64,000 bases of DNA from an uncultured virus (IMG/VR IMGVR_UViG_3300043469_000509) (Duplodnaviria > Heunggongvirae > Uroviricota > Caudoviricetes > Crassvirales): the IMG/VR virus record IMGVR_UViG_3300043469_000509. One strand, given 5' to 3'. Below, piece after piece: positions 1-10,861 of the stretch; within the stretch, counting starts at the first letter, position 1; each line of letters begins with the position of its first letter. The notes beneath the pieces are model-generated. The model was given only the letters and a program-made list of their open reading frames with translations. It was not told where the DNA came from and ran no database searches. The position numbers and the translations under genes are program-made.

Positions 1-1
1 T

Positions 2-376
2 TGTTGCTGTTACAGGTTGACTTTGCTGTAAAGTGTTATCGCGAGTAACAGGTTTTTCTGACTTACTAATAAGATTAAAATCATTAGAAATTATCCTTAA
101 TGCTTCTTGGAAGTTACAATTATATAATTTTTCTACTATATTGAAACAATCAAATATTTCTTTAGTACCAAAATCTTTAGCTGTAAATTTATTTCCATTA
201 TATTTTATTCCAAAACTTGGATTTTTATCCTCTCTAAAAGGACTAGATATTAAGTTACTATACGCTAATTTAATATTAAGATAGTACTCAATAATTTGTT
301 GATCTGATAGCCTACTTAATACAAAATCTTTAGTTATGTAAGAGTCTTCAGATTGTATTTTTGAAAAGTCAAACAT
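2..376 (-). CDS. DNA primase, N-terminal part (runs off the window)
   Basis: Not in the ORF track. Manual translation from ATG at 376 gives MFDFSKIQSEDSYITKDFVLSRLSDQQIIEYYL...ISSPFREDKNPSF...KDFG...DCFNIVEKLYNCNFQEALRII, which resembles the N-terminal domain of crAss-type DnaG primases. It follows the SSB and helicase genes. Confidence 0.8.
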   Translation of the reverse strand, partial: MFDFSKIQSEDSYITKDFVLSRLSDQQIIEYYLNIKLAYSNLISSPFREDKNPSFGIKYNGNKFTAKDFGTKEIFDCFNIVEKLYNCNFQEALRIISNDFNLISKSEKPVTRDNTLQQSQPVTAT

Positions 377-410
377 AACTAAGATTTTATTTATTAATAA
401 TTAATTAAAT

Positions 411-956
411 TTAGAATGGTAAATCATCTGTTACAGTTGCTATAGGTGCATTACCTTCAACAGTAGCTTGATTTACTTTCTTCAAATCATACTCAGAAGC
501 AGGATTATAAGATAGGGTACTCATTTCTTTAGAAGTCGTCATAGCTTCCGCAAAGTTAGGTAAGCCTAGTACAGTTTTAACGTATACTTTACCATCTCTT
601 TGTGAAACATATTCTTCTCCTGTAAATTTCATTCTTAAGTTAGCACCTTTAAGAATAGTATTAACAGCATCTACATTAGTTGCAGAATTGACAATATCTT
701 CAGAAGCAACTTTAGTCATTAGGTGTTTTAGCTTTCTCATTGTGTATTGAGGAGCTCCTCCTTCCATTGACATATCAATAGTTAATTCAGCACCTTCTGG
801 GTTATTAAATACTACTGAGATAATCTTCTTACCATTAGGTGTTTGACCTTCTGATACTCCTGCAATAGTAATGTTCTCACTAACTCCTGGACGGATTACT
901 GCTTTTACTTCTTTTGATGATTGTACTTCTGCAAAATTAAATGTTGTTGCGCTCAT
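411..956 (-). CDS. putative single-stranded DNA-binding protein
   Basis: Acidic C-terminal tail DDLPF; lies between the RecT-like gene and primase. Confidence 0.65.
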   Translation of the reverse strand: MSATTFNFAEVQSSKEVKAVIRPGVSENITIAGVSEGQTPNGKKIISVVFNNPEGAELTIDMSMEGGAPQYTMRKLKHLMTKVASEDIVNSATNVDAVNTILKGANLRMKFTGEEYVSQRDGKVYVKTVLGLPNFAEAMTTSKEMSTLSYNPASEYDLKKVNQATVEGNAPIATVTDDLPF

Positions 957-1027
957 ATGTTTATCGTATTATGTTTGTTTTGGTTAAGGGAATATGTTTA
1001 TAATTTGTAATCTTGTATATAGTAAAG

Positions 1028-1639
1028 TTATTGTACAACAATAGCATCACCATCTTCTGTAATTTCTATCTGAGGGGAATTAGGAGTAAAACTCGATAAT
1101 TCTTCAGTTGTATAAAGGCCATTAATTAAATCAGGGGCAACTCTATTAGCACCTTTAGAATAACATCTCCAATACTGCATAACAGCAGGCTGTTTCTTCC
1201 AATTGTCCTTATTAGTCAATCCTAATCTCTCAGCATCTCTATAGGTATAAGATACATCTTCTTCTATACCATCTCGGTAGAATCTAATAGTTGTAATATA
1301 ATCAACTTTAGCACCCTTCTCATCTAAGATAGGCTCAAAATCTTTTATAGTTTTGGTTCTTACACCTCCCTTTCTGATTAATGAGGCCATACCTTTTGGT
1401 TTTAGTGCTGGTTTACCCATAATCACATCTATGAGCTCAAAAGAAGCCATAGTTTCAAGTCCTAATTCCTTACCTTTCAAAGCTATAACAACAGCTTGTT
1501 CTGGTTTCTTAATTGAACTTGGTAATAACCCACTTGCAATCCATGTTTCAGCTTTTACTAATAAGTCAGCTTGAACTGATTCATCATACTTTTGTAAACT
1601 TACTGAAGCTCCATTTTTCTCTTTTTCTTCTTCTTGCAT
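1028..1639 (-). CDS. RecT/Bet-like single-strand annealing protein
   Basis: Motifs SGLLP, GKELGL, IDVIMGKPAL, AERLGL..KDNWKKQP..M..WR, APDLINGLYTTEEL. Confidence 0.75.
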   Translation of the reverse strand: MQEEEKEKNGASVSLQKYDESVQADLLVKAETWIASGLLPSSIKKPEQAVVIALKGKELGLETMASFELIDVIMGKPALKPKGMASLIRKGGVRTKTIKDFEPILDEKGAKVDYITTIRFYRDGIEEDVSYTYRDAERLGLTNKDNWKKQPAVMQYWRCYSKGANRVAPDLINGLYTTEELSSFTPNSPQIEITEDGDAIVVQ

Positions 1640-1643
1640 CTAG

Positions 1644-2696
1644 TTATTTTAATTTGTTTAAATACTCTTTGTATAGGTCTTCGGTCATTTCGTTAGACTT
1701 AGGTAATTCTATAAATGTACCTGCTTTAGGATTAAAAAGAGTTCCTATTGCTATATTATCTACAGATAATCTGTTTTTAATAATCTTCAACATTACAAAA
1801 TTACTTTTAAAATCATTTAGTTTGTAATTGAGACTCTCTCTCATATCAAGTTTCCAAGGATTTAGAAGTCCTATAACAACATCACTATCGTCATAAGGAT
1901 TCCTAGTATTTTTGAAATCTGATTGTTGCGGAGATAAATCTACACCTTTAAACTTACTCCTTTCTACACTAGATAGTGAGTCATTAAACTGACTAATGTT
2001 AAAGAAACTAATACCAAATTGATTACTTAGTTGTACGCAGTACTCAGACCACTTATCGATATTTTCTTTTACAGAGAAACCCCTTTCAAGACTTAATAAA
2101 GATAAGTGATCTACTACTACTAAACATTGCCAATCTGGATTAGTTGGTTTAAAACCTACAATTTTCCTGTCTTTCTTTCCTTCTGAATTAATGTAATAAT
2201 CATAAATAAATTCACCATGTTTTTCACCGTGTTTCCATAAAGTATAATACATACCTGTTGGATTCTCTGGTTTAAAATAGAAATTTATTTTACTAAACAT
2301 CTCTTCCATATAAGGAATTTCAGCAGTAACTAATCCTAACTCATAAGAACTTAATCTATTTTGACCTAAACCTTTAATCTTCTCAGGAGGAATTGTTATA
2401 CCATACTTATTAAATATAATAGTACTTAACCAGTTACACTGCTTAGTTACTTTATCTATCTCATAAGAATAATAAAATACATCTAGTTCTATATTTTTAG
2501 CTTGTGCATCTTGTATTGCATTACTAACCATATAATCACATAATGTTGTTTTACCTGTACCGCTATTACCACCTATAAGAGTTTTACACTTTCTTTGTAC
2601 ACCAAAAATGTAGTTATTTAGCCTATCAAAGCCATTAGATAATCCCTCATACTTCCCCGCTAAACCTTCTTCTATCCTTGACTTTAAATCACTCAT
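1644..2696 (-). CDS. DnaB-like (SF4) replicative helicase
   Basis: Walker A GNSGTGKT, YSYE, Walker B VVVDH, SQFN, DSDVVIGL and KNR arginine finger. Confidence 0.9.
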   Translation of the reverse strand: MSDLKSRIEEGLAGKYEGLSNGFDRLNNYIFGVQRKCKTLIGGNSGTGKTTLCDYMVSNAIQDAQAKNIELDVFYYSYEIDKVTKQCNWLSTIIFNKYGITIPPEKIKGLGQNRLSSYELGLVTAEIPYMEEMFSKINFYFKPENPTGMYYTLWKHGEKHGEFIYDYYINSEGKKDRKIVGFKPTNPDWQCLVVVDHLSLLSLERGFSVKENIDKWSEYCVQLSNQFGISFFNISQFNDSLSSVERSKFKGVDLSPQQSDFKNTRNPYDDSDVVIGLLNPWKLDMRESLNYKLNDFKSNFVMLKIIKNRLSVDNIAIGTLFNPKAGTFIELPKSNEMTEDLYKEYLNKLK

Positions 2697-2700
2697 CTAA

Positions 2701-3339
2701 CTATATTCCAGTTAATTCATTAGTTGAATAAGTATCTTGATTATTGTTTACACCTTGGACATAGGCTTCACAAGATCCGCTCAACATACTTATCCCATCT
2801 TTATATATAAAATTAGGTGCTAGTTTCATCATTGCGTAATTCTTACTTTTCATATCCTCAATATAGTTCTTGGTGGCTTCAAGAATTATATCTTTGGTAA
2901 ATTCAGAATTATCAAGTAGAAACTTATGCATCTTTTTATCACAATCTTTTATAGAGGTTCTAACATAGTAACCTCCTGACTTAATACCTTTAGGAAATAA
3001 ATCATACCATTCTTCTATCCATAGTACTTTATACTTAGGTAAAATAGATTCATTACTAGGGGTACTAACAGACTCTTTAAAGAATCTGTCAATACCTAAC
3101 TTAGTAATAAATAAATTATCTTTAATAAAATCTGTATATCTACTAGTACCCTCAAGTAGTTGAATTCTAGATAAAAATCCTAGATGAATTAATTTTTGAA
3201 TACCTTGACTACTATCATAGATTTCTATCTTATTATACTCTTCAGCATAAAACTTATCTCCTTGAAATAAACTATATAAAAGAATATATTGAGAAAAATC
3301 TATATCATTATCTACTAGTTTTTTTAAGAGTTCTTTCAT
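2701..3339 (-). CDS. putative replication initiation / helicase-loader-like protein
   Basis: N-terminal winged-helix-like segment and C-terminal EWYDLFP...ILEATKNY...YI-type domain, directly upstream of the helicase. Confidence 0.45.
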   Translation of the reverse strand: MKELLKKLVDNDIDFSQYILLYSLFQGDKFYAEEYNKIEIYDSSQGIQKLIHLGFLSRIQLLEGTSRYTDFIKDNLFITKLGIDRFFKESVSTPSNESILPKYKVLWIEEWYDLFPKGIKSGGYYVRTSIKDCDKKMHKFLLDNSEFTKDIILEATKNYIEDMKSKNYAMMKLAPNFIYKDGISMLSGSCEAYVQGVNNNQDTYSTNELTGI

Positions 3340-4416
3340 TTAGTTAAAACCTTTATAAGATTTTAAAGTATCAAAAGATTCAACACTTATAAGATCATCA
3401 TTTAAAAGATCATTTAACCTATCTTCAGTCAAATTGCTAATATGGTGAGCATTTTGTTCAAAATCAATATATACCCCTTCGTCAAAATTTATATAATCTT
3501 CTTCTATAGGTGAGTCATCATTAAAATCATCCATACTATCAAACTCTCCTAAAATAGTAGGCACAGCATACTTTGAAGTACTATACATATTTTTAGGAGC
3601 ATCATTAGTTTGTATAAACTTATTGAATAAATAAACACGCTCTCTTTTAAAGTTATCAGTATTTTTCTCTATCAAGTTATCAGATAATACTCCACTCTCA
3701 AGCCTATAAATATCATCATTTAACTTTTTAATCTTTTGTTTAAGAAGTTCTAGATTAATAACAGCTTTATTTTTATCATAGACCATTTTATGATACTCTG
3801 GATTAGTTTTAACTAACGTATTTAGACTATCACTTACTTGTTCCATTTCTAAATTAAGAGCTTTGAAGCTATTTAAAATATCTTTTCTCATAGAACTAAA
3901 AACAGCATTAATAGTATCTAATTCTAGATAGATATGGTCTTTATTATAATAAGAATTTATCTGGTCAGAATCTAAGCTTGGTAAATAGAATGATACATAC
4001 ATTCTAATCCCAAACTTTGTTTTAAGAGCTCCGTTAATAATATGACCACTATGATTATATGTAACCATATTTAAATCAGTTATATTAACTATTTTAATAG
4101 GTACTATAATAACATTATTCTTTAAAGCTTCTATAAATGCAGATATAAAGTCTGCATCAATAATAGATTTTTTATATAGTTCCATATTAGTTAGAACTTC
4201 AAAAGGTAATCCACTTTCATTAGTAGATTCCCAAACTGTTTTAAATATTTTACCTAATGCACTACTTTTAAGCTCTTCTTCTTTAGTAGCACTATTATCT
4301 ACTAGTATTGAATCTATTAAGGCTCCTGTAGGAATATAGTTTTTATATGAATTACTCAAAGAAAGATCCATTGAAGCAATCCATTTTCGTGTATCATCAT
4401 GTCTTTTATTACTCAT
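3340..4416 (-). CDS. hypothetical protein with coiled coil and acidic C-terminus
   Basis: 358 aa ORF tightly packed in the operon. Confidence 0.6.
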   Translation of the reverse strand: MSNKRHDDTRKWIASMDLSLSNSYKNYIPTGALIDSILVDNSATKEEELKSSALGKIFKTVWESTNESGLPFEVLTNMELYKKSIIDADFISAFIEALKNNVIIVPIKIVNITDLNMVTYNHSGHIINGALKTKFGIRMYVSFYLPSLDSDQINSYYNKDHIYLELDTINAVFSSMRKDILNSFKALNLEMEQVSDSLNTLVKTNPEYHKMVYDKNKAVINLELLKQKIKKLNDDIYRLESGVLSDNLIEKNTDNFKRERVYLFNKFIQTNDAPKNMYSTSKYAVPTILGEFDSMDDFNDDSPIEEDYINFDEGVYIDFEQNAHHISNLTEDRLNDLLNDDLISVESFDTLKSYKGFN

Positions 4417-4420
4417 ATTT

Positions 4421-4840
4421 TTATCCTCCCATTAATGCAAGATCTCTTGCGTTTATAATATCTAAATATTCTGCTAATTCTGTATTAGTTTCATATACTC
4501 CTATAAAATAGTCATCTTCAATTACAGATGTTAATTTAACTACATTATAAAATAGTTCGGGAGTTTTAGTTACAACTTTATCAATTATAAGCAGCAATTC
4601 TTTTTTAGTTATAGCTTCATAATTTCTACCCATATGATAACTATTAGATAACTCTTGATCCAACTCATCTAATTTTCTGTAATAACTTGGAGATATGTAA
4701 TTTACTACAGGTTTTTCGTCATTATCTTCTATAGAAGTTAAAACTTCTTCAATTGTAAAATCAAAAGAAGTTTTAACTATTTTAAAAACATTTACTTTAA
4801 CTTTTTTATCAACTTCTTTTTTTATTGCTTGTACTACCAT
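4421..4840 (-). CDS. hypothetical protein
   Basis: 139 aa ORF in operon context. Confidence 0.6.
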   Translation of the reverse strand: MVVQAIKKEVDKKVKVNVFKIVKTSFDFTIEEVLTSIEDNDEKPVVNYISPSYYRKLDELDQELSNSYHMGRNYEAITKKELLLIIDKVVTKTPELFYNVVKLTSVIEDDYFIGVYETNTELAEYLDIINARDLALMGG

Positions 4841-4842
4841 AA

Positions 4843-6579
4843 TTAATTCATTATTCTAGATCCATGATTATCAATAAGACTATAAGGCTCGTCAAACAAA
4901 GAGTTTTCAAATGTAACAAGATTTTGTTTTTTAGCAGCTTTAGTATCTAAAATATGCTTTACAAAATTATTATAAAACTCAATTAAAGCTACACCATTAT
5001 AATGCTCTTTAACAAAATTATACATTTTATCTGTAGCAAAACCTTTTGTAGACTTCTCTTTATTAATATTTGTTTCAATACTAAATGTAAGGTTTTTAAG
5101 AGTTTTACTTTTATTTAAAGATATATCAGTTCCAAATCTTTCAACTAGCTTCATATAATCTCTGTAAACAGGAATCATAGAATGTTTAGGTCTAATTTTA
5201 AAATTATTACCAATTTGATCATGAGTTTTAATTAAATACTCAGTATAGTCATTATCTGAAATATCAGATTCTCCTAAAATTATACCTCTTAAATGTACAT
5301 TATCTAAAGTTACTGAACCTACAGTAAATTGAGTATTATTAGGAAATATTAAATTACCTCTAGTTTCTTCCTGTATATTAACAAGTGTAAAATGCTTACA
5401 ATTTTCATTTGTTAATGTAATAGGTAAACTAAAATCAGCTACAATAGCATACTTACTATCTAAAGAAGCATTATCTTTAGATGTAACATTAATAACTTTA
5501 TCTAAAGGTCCTAATTTGAGCTTATTATTTTTATTGTATTTATTATTATAATACGCGCTCTTAGAAGAATTGTTATTTAAAGGTATAACTTTAGTTTCTA
5601 TTTTAGGTAGTTTTAATTCATACTCAAAGCTAGAATTAACTAACTTTCTAACTGAAGCTACTTGTAATTCAGTAATAACTTCAATTTCTTCTTCTACCTT
5701 AGTATCAACACTAGTCCTCTCTAGAAAATCATTATATAATCTCTCATCTTCACTTTCAAAGTTATGATTAGTTTGACGATCTAGTAAATTAAAACCTGTA
5801 TTAATACCACAAAAACTAGGACCTTCAGAGTAACCATTGTCATCATCATCATCGCCATCAAAAACATTTAAAAACTTATTAGTATTTAGATTAAAGTCTG
5901 AGCGTCTAGTAGAACTACCTCCTCTATCTTCAATATAACTTTTGTACCCACTATTAGAGAATAAATATCCTTGGTCATCTATAAAATTACCTAGAATAAT
6001 CATATCTCTATCAGGAAACATAAAACAAACTTTCTCTCCTTGTAATGAAGAGCTTAGTGTTGAATTAGTTGATATAAGTGCATGAGGAGCATTTTTTAGA
6101 GCTTGAATTTGTTTATCTGTTCTAAAATAACTTAATCCCCAATTATAAGTATCACTTAAATTCATATCAAAAGCTTCATACTCATTTCCAGAAAATATAC
6201 CGTTATGAGCAAATACACCTGTTTGAACATCGTCATCATCTACAGTTAACTCAGAAACTACTCCAAAGTTGTTTAGAGTACTCTTTTCTCCTAATATATA
6301 TGGATGTTGATTATATATGGTTTTAGAACCGTTTGTACCCCATCTTAAATGGACTAATACTTCATCTTCAGGTTGAATGTCTTGATTTTTTAACCATTTG
6401 TAAAAATCTTCTTTACTATGATTAAAGTGACCTTTATTCATTCTAAGTATATTGGAGGAGCTTTTTCTTACAGCTCCTCCTATACCATCTCTGTTAGTAA
6501 CAATACCAGATTCAATTGCACTAAGCATGAATTTATGGTCATAAGCTACTCCAGAGGGTTTCATCATTAATAAACACAT
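4843..6579 (-). CDS. class II (Ntn) glutamine amidotransferase with long C-terminal extension
   Basis: N-terminal Met-Cys nucleophile, NRDGIG, HLRWGT, HPY, FAHNG, SDT. Confidence 0.88.
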   Translation of the reverse strand: MCLLMMKPSGVAYDHKFMLSAIESGIVTNRDGIGGAVRKSSSNILRMNKGHFNHSKEDFYKWLKNQDIQPEDEVLVHLRWGTNGSKTIYNQHPYILGEKSTLNNFGVVSELTVDDDDVQTGVFAHNGIFSGNEYEAFDMNLSDTYNWGLSYFRTDKQIQALKNAPHALISTNSTLSSSLQGEKVCFMFPDRDMIILGNFIDDQGYLFSNSGYKSYIEDRGGSSTRRSDFNLNTNKFLNVFDGDDDDDNGYSEGPSFCGINTGFNLLDRQTNHNFESEDERLYNDFLERTSVDTKVEEEIEVITELQVASVRKLVNSSFEYELKLPKIETKVIPLNNNSSKSAYYNNKYNKNNKLKLGPLDKVINVTSKDNASLDSKYAIVADFSLPITLTNENCKHFTLVNIQEETRGNLIFPNNTQFTVGSVTLDNVHLRGIILGESDISDNDYTEYLIKTHDQIGNNFKIRPKHSMIPVYRDYMKLVERFGTDISLNKSKTLKNLTFSIETNINKEKSTKGFATDKMYNFVKEHYNGVALIEFYNNFVKHILDTKAAKKQNLVTFENSLFDEPYSLIDNHGSRIMN

Positions 6580-8393
6580 TATATTAGTTGTTTAAGTTTT
6601 AGATTATCATTAACTTCATTTTCATTTTTAATATCCTCTGTTTCTACATTTTCAAATAAAGCTGTTCTCATATCAATAAATTCATTAATAATTCTATATG
6701 ATTTAGGATATACCTTATTCATAATATTTTTTAATGTTAGAGGTAATACTTCACCTTTTAGAGTTACTGTATTACTCATTATATCACTATGTGAATTTTC
6801 AGCAAAGTTTACTAATGCCATACAAATCTTTAGCCAATTTTTGATTTTGGTAAAATTAGTACTAGCATTAAAACATCTAAATTCAATTGTATAACTTGGA
6901 GGATTAGTCATCCTTGTATTAAATAAAGCTGGAATAAAATTAGCCCAACAATATCTAATATTAGTTTGATCATATTGTACTTTAGCTCCTTTAGGGTGAT
7001 TCTTAGTTTTATTTAATTTATCACTTGGAGGAGAGTCAGCGGCTTTAGTAAAAAGTTCAGTATAGTAGTTATCTACTCTAATTTTCATATCCATAATGGT
7101 AGTACAACCATCAAAATTAAAATCTAAATTAGGTAATCTTCTACAATACTTATTTTCTCTTCTACTTTTAGGTAACATATTAAAGATATCATCTTCTATA
7201 TGTTTTAAGAGCTTATATAACATTACTAGATTAGTATTGTTAAAGTCAGCGGAACCTATATGAGTGTGAATACCACATGTGTGATTCACCTCACCTTTAT
7301 TAGCCAACTCATTACAAAGACTTTGTAAATGAGCCAATCCTTGATCACCTTTTAAGATACCTGTTATAATCTCAGGGCCGTATTTCTCACGTCTAGAGTT
7401 TGTAATACTACCATCTTTCTCAACCATGATATTAAAATCTTGCAGCAGCTTATTATTAAAAGAGCAGTCAGCCATCTCTATCTCTACACCGAAAGTATAC
7501 TTTAAGCCTTCAGTTATTAGATGAGTTGGAGAATCTAAACCCCATCGATAATTAAACTCATTATCATTTGGTTGAAATTTCTTTAGGTTTTTAAACTCAG
7601 GAAAATAATACCCACTTGGATATGCTCGATAACCATCACTCATAATTTGAGATTTTAAGATTATTTGTCCAGATCTAGGGCCTATAACAAACTTGTCAGG
7701 AAAGCTTTTTAGTAATTCCTCACCATTTAACAAATAAATTATTTCAGGGCTGTAAGCCTTACCTAGTATCTTATAGTTACAAGTTAATAAACTTTTTACT
7801 GACTCTTTATTAGCATACTTTGCAGTTGTTTGAAAATAAGGGGCATTATCAGTTAATTTAACTTCATAACAAGCTGCGCGATAGTGAGTAACATAAAGTT
7901 TGTCAGTAATAGCACATTTATAATGAGGTATACTCATTATCTCACTAGTAAGAACCCACGTACCATTATCCTCATTATTATCTAATAAGATTTTAGTACA
8001 CATAGATTTAACTACAAGTTTTTTCTTGACGATAATCATATCTTTTATATACCCTGAATTACCATACGAATCTACTATCAACTTATCTTCTGGAGATTCA
8101 TATATTCTAGGACTATTTTTATGTATGTATTTTTTAATATCTTTTTTGTAGTAAAATGATTTTATTTGACTAGTAGGTATTATAGATCTTCCACTTTTAG
8201 CATTAAGTGCTATTATATGATTTGAAGTTGTAATATCTTCTATCTCAAATTTTAAGGGTTTCCCAGTATCCTCATTTACAGCATTATCAAGTTCAATAAT
8301 ATCATTAACAAAATATTTTTCTTTACCTCTTTGTAGGTATTTAAATCCGTTAACTTCTTTTAAGCTACAAGGGATTCTTTCTTTGTTTTCCAT
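6579..8393 (-). CDS. putative amidoligase (COOH-NH2 ligase / Amidoligase_2-like)
   Basis: TFGVEIE, DGS, EIITGIL, CGIHTHIG, RRENKYC, TIEFR motifs in the C-terminal half. Confidence 0.85.
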   Translation of the reverse strand: MENKERIPCSLKEVNGFKYLQRGKEKYFVNDIIELDNAVNEDTGKPLKFEIEDITTSNHIIALNAKSGRSIIPTSQIKSFYYKKDIKKYIHKNSPRIYESPEDKLIVDSYGNSGYIKDMIIVKKKLVVKSMCTKILLDNNEDNGTWVLTSEIMSIPHYKCAITDKLYVTHYRAACYEVKLTDNAPYFQTTAKYANKESVKSLLTCNYKILGKAYSPEIIYLLNGEELLKSFPDKFVIGPRSGQIILKSQIMSDGYRAYPSGYYFPEFKNLKKFQPNDNEFNYRWGLDSPTHLITEGLKYTFGVEIEMADCSFNNKLLQDFNIMVEKDGSITNSRREKYGPEIITGILKGDQGLAHLQSLCNELANKGEVNHTCGIHTHIGSADFNNTNLVMLYKLLKHIEDDIFNMLPKSRRENKYCRRLPNLDFNFDGCTTIMDMKIRVDNYYTELFTKAADSPPSDKLNKTKNHPKGAKVQYDQTNIRYCWANFIPALFNTRMTNPPSYTIEFRCFNASTNFTKIKNWLKICMALVNFAENSHSDIMSNTVTLKGEVLPLTLKNIMNKVYPKSYRIINEFIDMRTALFENVETEDIKNENEVNDNLKLKQLI

Positions 8394-9937
8394 AATTCAA
8401 CAGTTTTAGCATAAATTTCACATATTTTTTCTTTCATTGAATCAAATTCACCTTGTAAAGCGCGCATTGTTCCTAACTCTATTTCACCTTCATTTTCTTC
8501 TAATAACCCATATAAGTCATCAATAGAAATCATATTATCTTCACATAGATCAAATATTTCAGAAACTGTTTTATTTTCATCAGTAGCTTTAATAATATCA
8601 TCTACTTCTATGTTTTTAAGTAAACTGTTTTCTACCATAAATTGAGCTAAATAGGATTCTTCTACTTTACTATAAGGTTCTGAGTCAATACTAGTATTAT
8701 GACTAGTTGTATTTTCAGGTAATAAAATAATATGTTTAGAATTATCTAGTACATTAGTAAGAGAACGCTCACTAATAATACAAGCTCTAGCATATTCTTT
8801 CTTTATTTCATAATCTAACCCATCTACTAAACTAGTAGCACAAATACAAAGAGCTCCATTAATAGTACTTTCTCTTGGTTTTATATTTACTACATCACCC
8901 TTGAAAAATACAAATTCAGTAGGACTAGCTGTTTTATGAATATCTGTCATTATAACAACTTTAGTATTACTTGTTAACGGATTAATAGGCTCAACTTTTT
9001 GAACATAATAAAACTGTGCAAATGGTATTGTAATAGATACACCAGCAGTATTCTCCACAACTAGTTTTGATTCATGAGCCTTAATTTCTCTTAATAAAAA
9101 CCAATCATTGATTTTATAAGGAATAGGATCACTTCCTAAACTTGCTCTATCTGTTTGTATCCAGCTATTTAAATACTTAGCCCAATAACCAGGAGCAGTG
9201 CCGCTACCAGCATACAAATTAGTACTGTAATTTGAGTGGTTAACAACTTTGGTTTTAACGGGTCTACTGGGTATAGTTACCTCATTAAGTATTCCCCCTT
9301 CGAATATAGTATATAATGTATTTGTACTAAACTCTTCAATGTCTATACACTCAATAGCTTCTAGACTTTCTTTTAAGCTACTAATATACATACCTTCTTC
9401 ACTCATACCATAAAACAAAGGTCTTTGATTATTCAATCTAAAAGCTAGTAAAAAACTATTTTCTTGACCCTTTTTTAATTTAATATTTTTATCAGCTACC
9501 AATAAACTAGCTGTACCATCAATCTCACTAAATATTCTAGCTCCAAAATTACTATCCATAATTTTATGCAGTAACTCTGTATCAGTACCTGGATTAGTAG
9601 TATTATACTTTGCAGCTAATGCTGTTGTATTATCTAAAGTACCATTATGAGCTAATACACAATTATCACCTGCAAAAGGATGAGCTGAAGATACAAAAGT
9701 TTTATAAGCTGAACCAGCTCTAACATGCCCTATTAAAGAGCAATCAGGTACTATCTTAGTAAAATCTTTAGTTAGAAATTTAGCAGCTACATCTACTGAT
9801 TTAACTACACCTGAAGAAGGAGTCCAAAAACCAGTAGCATCTTTACCACGATCTTGATTATACATAAATAAGATTTTAACCTTATTAACATCAAATTTTT
9901 GCCCCTTATGACCACTAAAACCTATTAGTCCACACAT
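8360..9937 (-). CDS. second class II glutamine amidotransferase
   Basis: MCGLIG, RGKDATG, GHVRAG, HPF, AHNGTL, TDTE, RPL. Confidence 0.9.
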   Translation of the reverse strand: MCGLIGFSGHKGQKFDVNKVKILFMYNQDRGKDATGFWTPSSGVVKSVDVAAKFLTKDFTKIVPDCSLIGHVRAGSAYKTFVSSAHPFAGDNCVLAHNGTLDNTTALAAKYNTTNPGTDTELLHKIMDSNFGARIFSEIDGTASLLVADKNIKLKKGQENSFLLAFRLNNQRPLFYGMSEEGMYISSLKESLEAIECIDIEEFSTNTLYTIFEGGILNEVTIPSRPVKTKVVNHSNYSTNLYAGSGTAPGYWAKYLNSWIQTDRASLGSDPIPYKINDWFLLREIKAHESKLVVENTAGVSITIPFAQFYYVQKVEPINPLTSNTKVVIMTDIHKTASPTEFVFFKGDVVNIKPRESTINGALCICATSLVDGLDYEIKKEYARACIISERSLTNVLDNSKHIILLPENTTSHNTSIDSEPYSKVEESYLAQFMVENSLLKNIEVDDIIKATDENKTVSEIFDLCEDNMISIDDLYGLLEENEGEIELGTMRALQGEFDSMKEKICEIYAKTVELWKTKKESLVA

Positions 9938-9948
9938 ATATTATTATT

Positions 9949-10860
9949 TTAGATAGCTTCTTCAACAGAAGCTGATTTTTTAATAGATTTATTTTCTTGT
10001 TTTTCAATAGTATAGTTGATATTATACTTATCACATAGGTATTTAGCTACATCAGAGTCATTGTTATTAACACAATTAATGATAGCTAAGCAGTCATCCA
10101 TATGCTCATCCATAACAAACTTCTCGTTATTAATCTTATCAATAGCTGCAAATGTATTATCAAACACAAATTTAGTGTGCTCTTTACTTTGAAACCAATT
10201 GATACCTAAAGTACGTAACTCAGCTGTAACACTACCAATACGATGCTCACCTGCTTTACCATAAAGTTTTCTACGTAAAGCTCCATTAGGATTCATTATA
10301 ATACTAGGTACAGTTAAATACAAATCTAATACTCTTAATAAGTTTAGATCTGTTTCATAGGTTCTATCTTTATATGAAACATGAAGATGCTTACCTATAG
10401 AGCGTAGATTACTATCAGTAGCTTTAGGAGGCTCATTCATTTCTAGATTCCAGAAATTAAAACTTGGTGAGCATCCAAATAATCTAGCCTCATCAGTATC
10501 TAGCTCCTGATCAGAGAAACTAATAGCATCAGCACTATCATCATTTAAAACCATCAAATCTTTACCTTCTAACTCTTTATTTATTTTATCTAGTATCCAC
10601 TCACAATCATTATACATCTTAATGTATGAATTTGTAGGTGGTAAAGTAAGCTCTAAAGCTACATTATCTTCTTGTACACCATAACCAGCTTTAAGAAATC
10701 TAGGAAGGTCTTTCGACCCTCCTATTAATCCTACAGCACTTTTATGTTCTCCAGTGTTCTTATCTACTATAAAGAATTCTGGGTCACTACCTAATCTAAC
10801 ATTAGTAATTTCTTTTAAATTACTTGGATTTAGTTTTTCTACTGTTATTTTATTACTCAT
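9949..10860 (-). CDS. phiEco32-type COOH-NH2 ligase type 2
   Basis: LGSDPEFF, IGGSK, QEDNVALE, FGCSPSFN, RSIGKHLHV, RRKLYGKAGEHR, ELRTL. Confidence 0.88.
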   Translation of the reverse strand: MSNKITVEKLNPSNLKEITNVRLGSDPEFFIVDKNTGEHKSAVGLIGGSKDLPRFLKAGYGVQEDNVALELTLPPTNSYIKMYNDCEWILDKINKELEGKDLMVLNDDSADAISFSDQELDTDEARLFGCSPSFNFWNLEMNEPPKATDSNLRSIGKHLHVSYKDRTYETDLNLLRVLDLYLTVPSIIMNPNGALRRKLYGKAGEHRIGSVTAELRTLGINWFQSKEHTKFVFDNTFAAIDKINNEKFVMDEHMDDCLAIINCVNNNDSDVAKYLCDKYNINYTIEKQENKSIKKSASVEEAI

Positions 10861-10861
10861 T

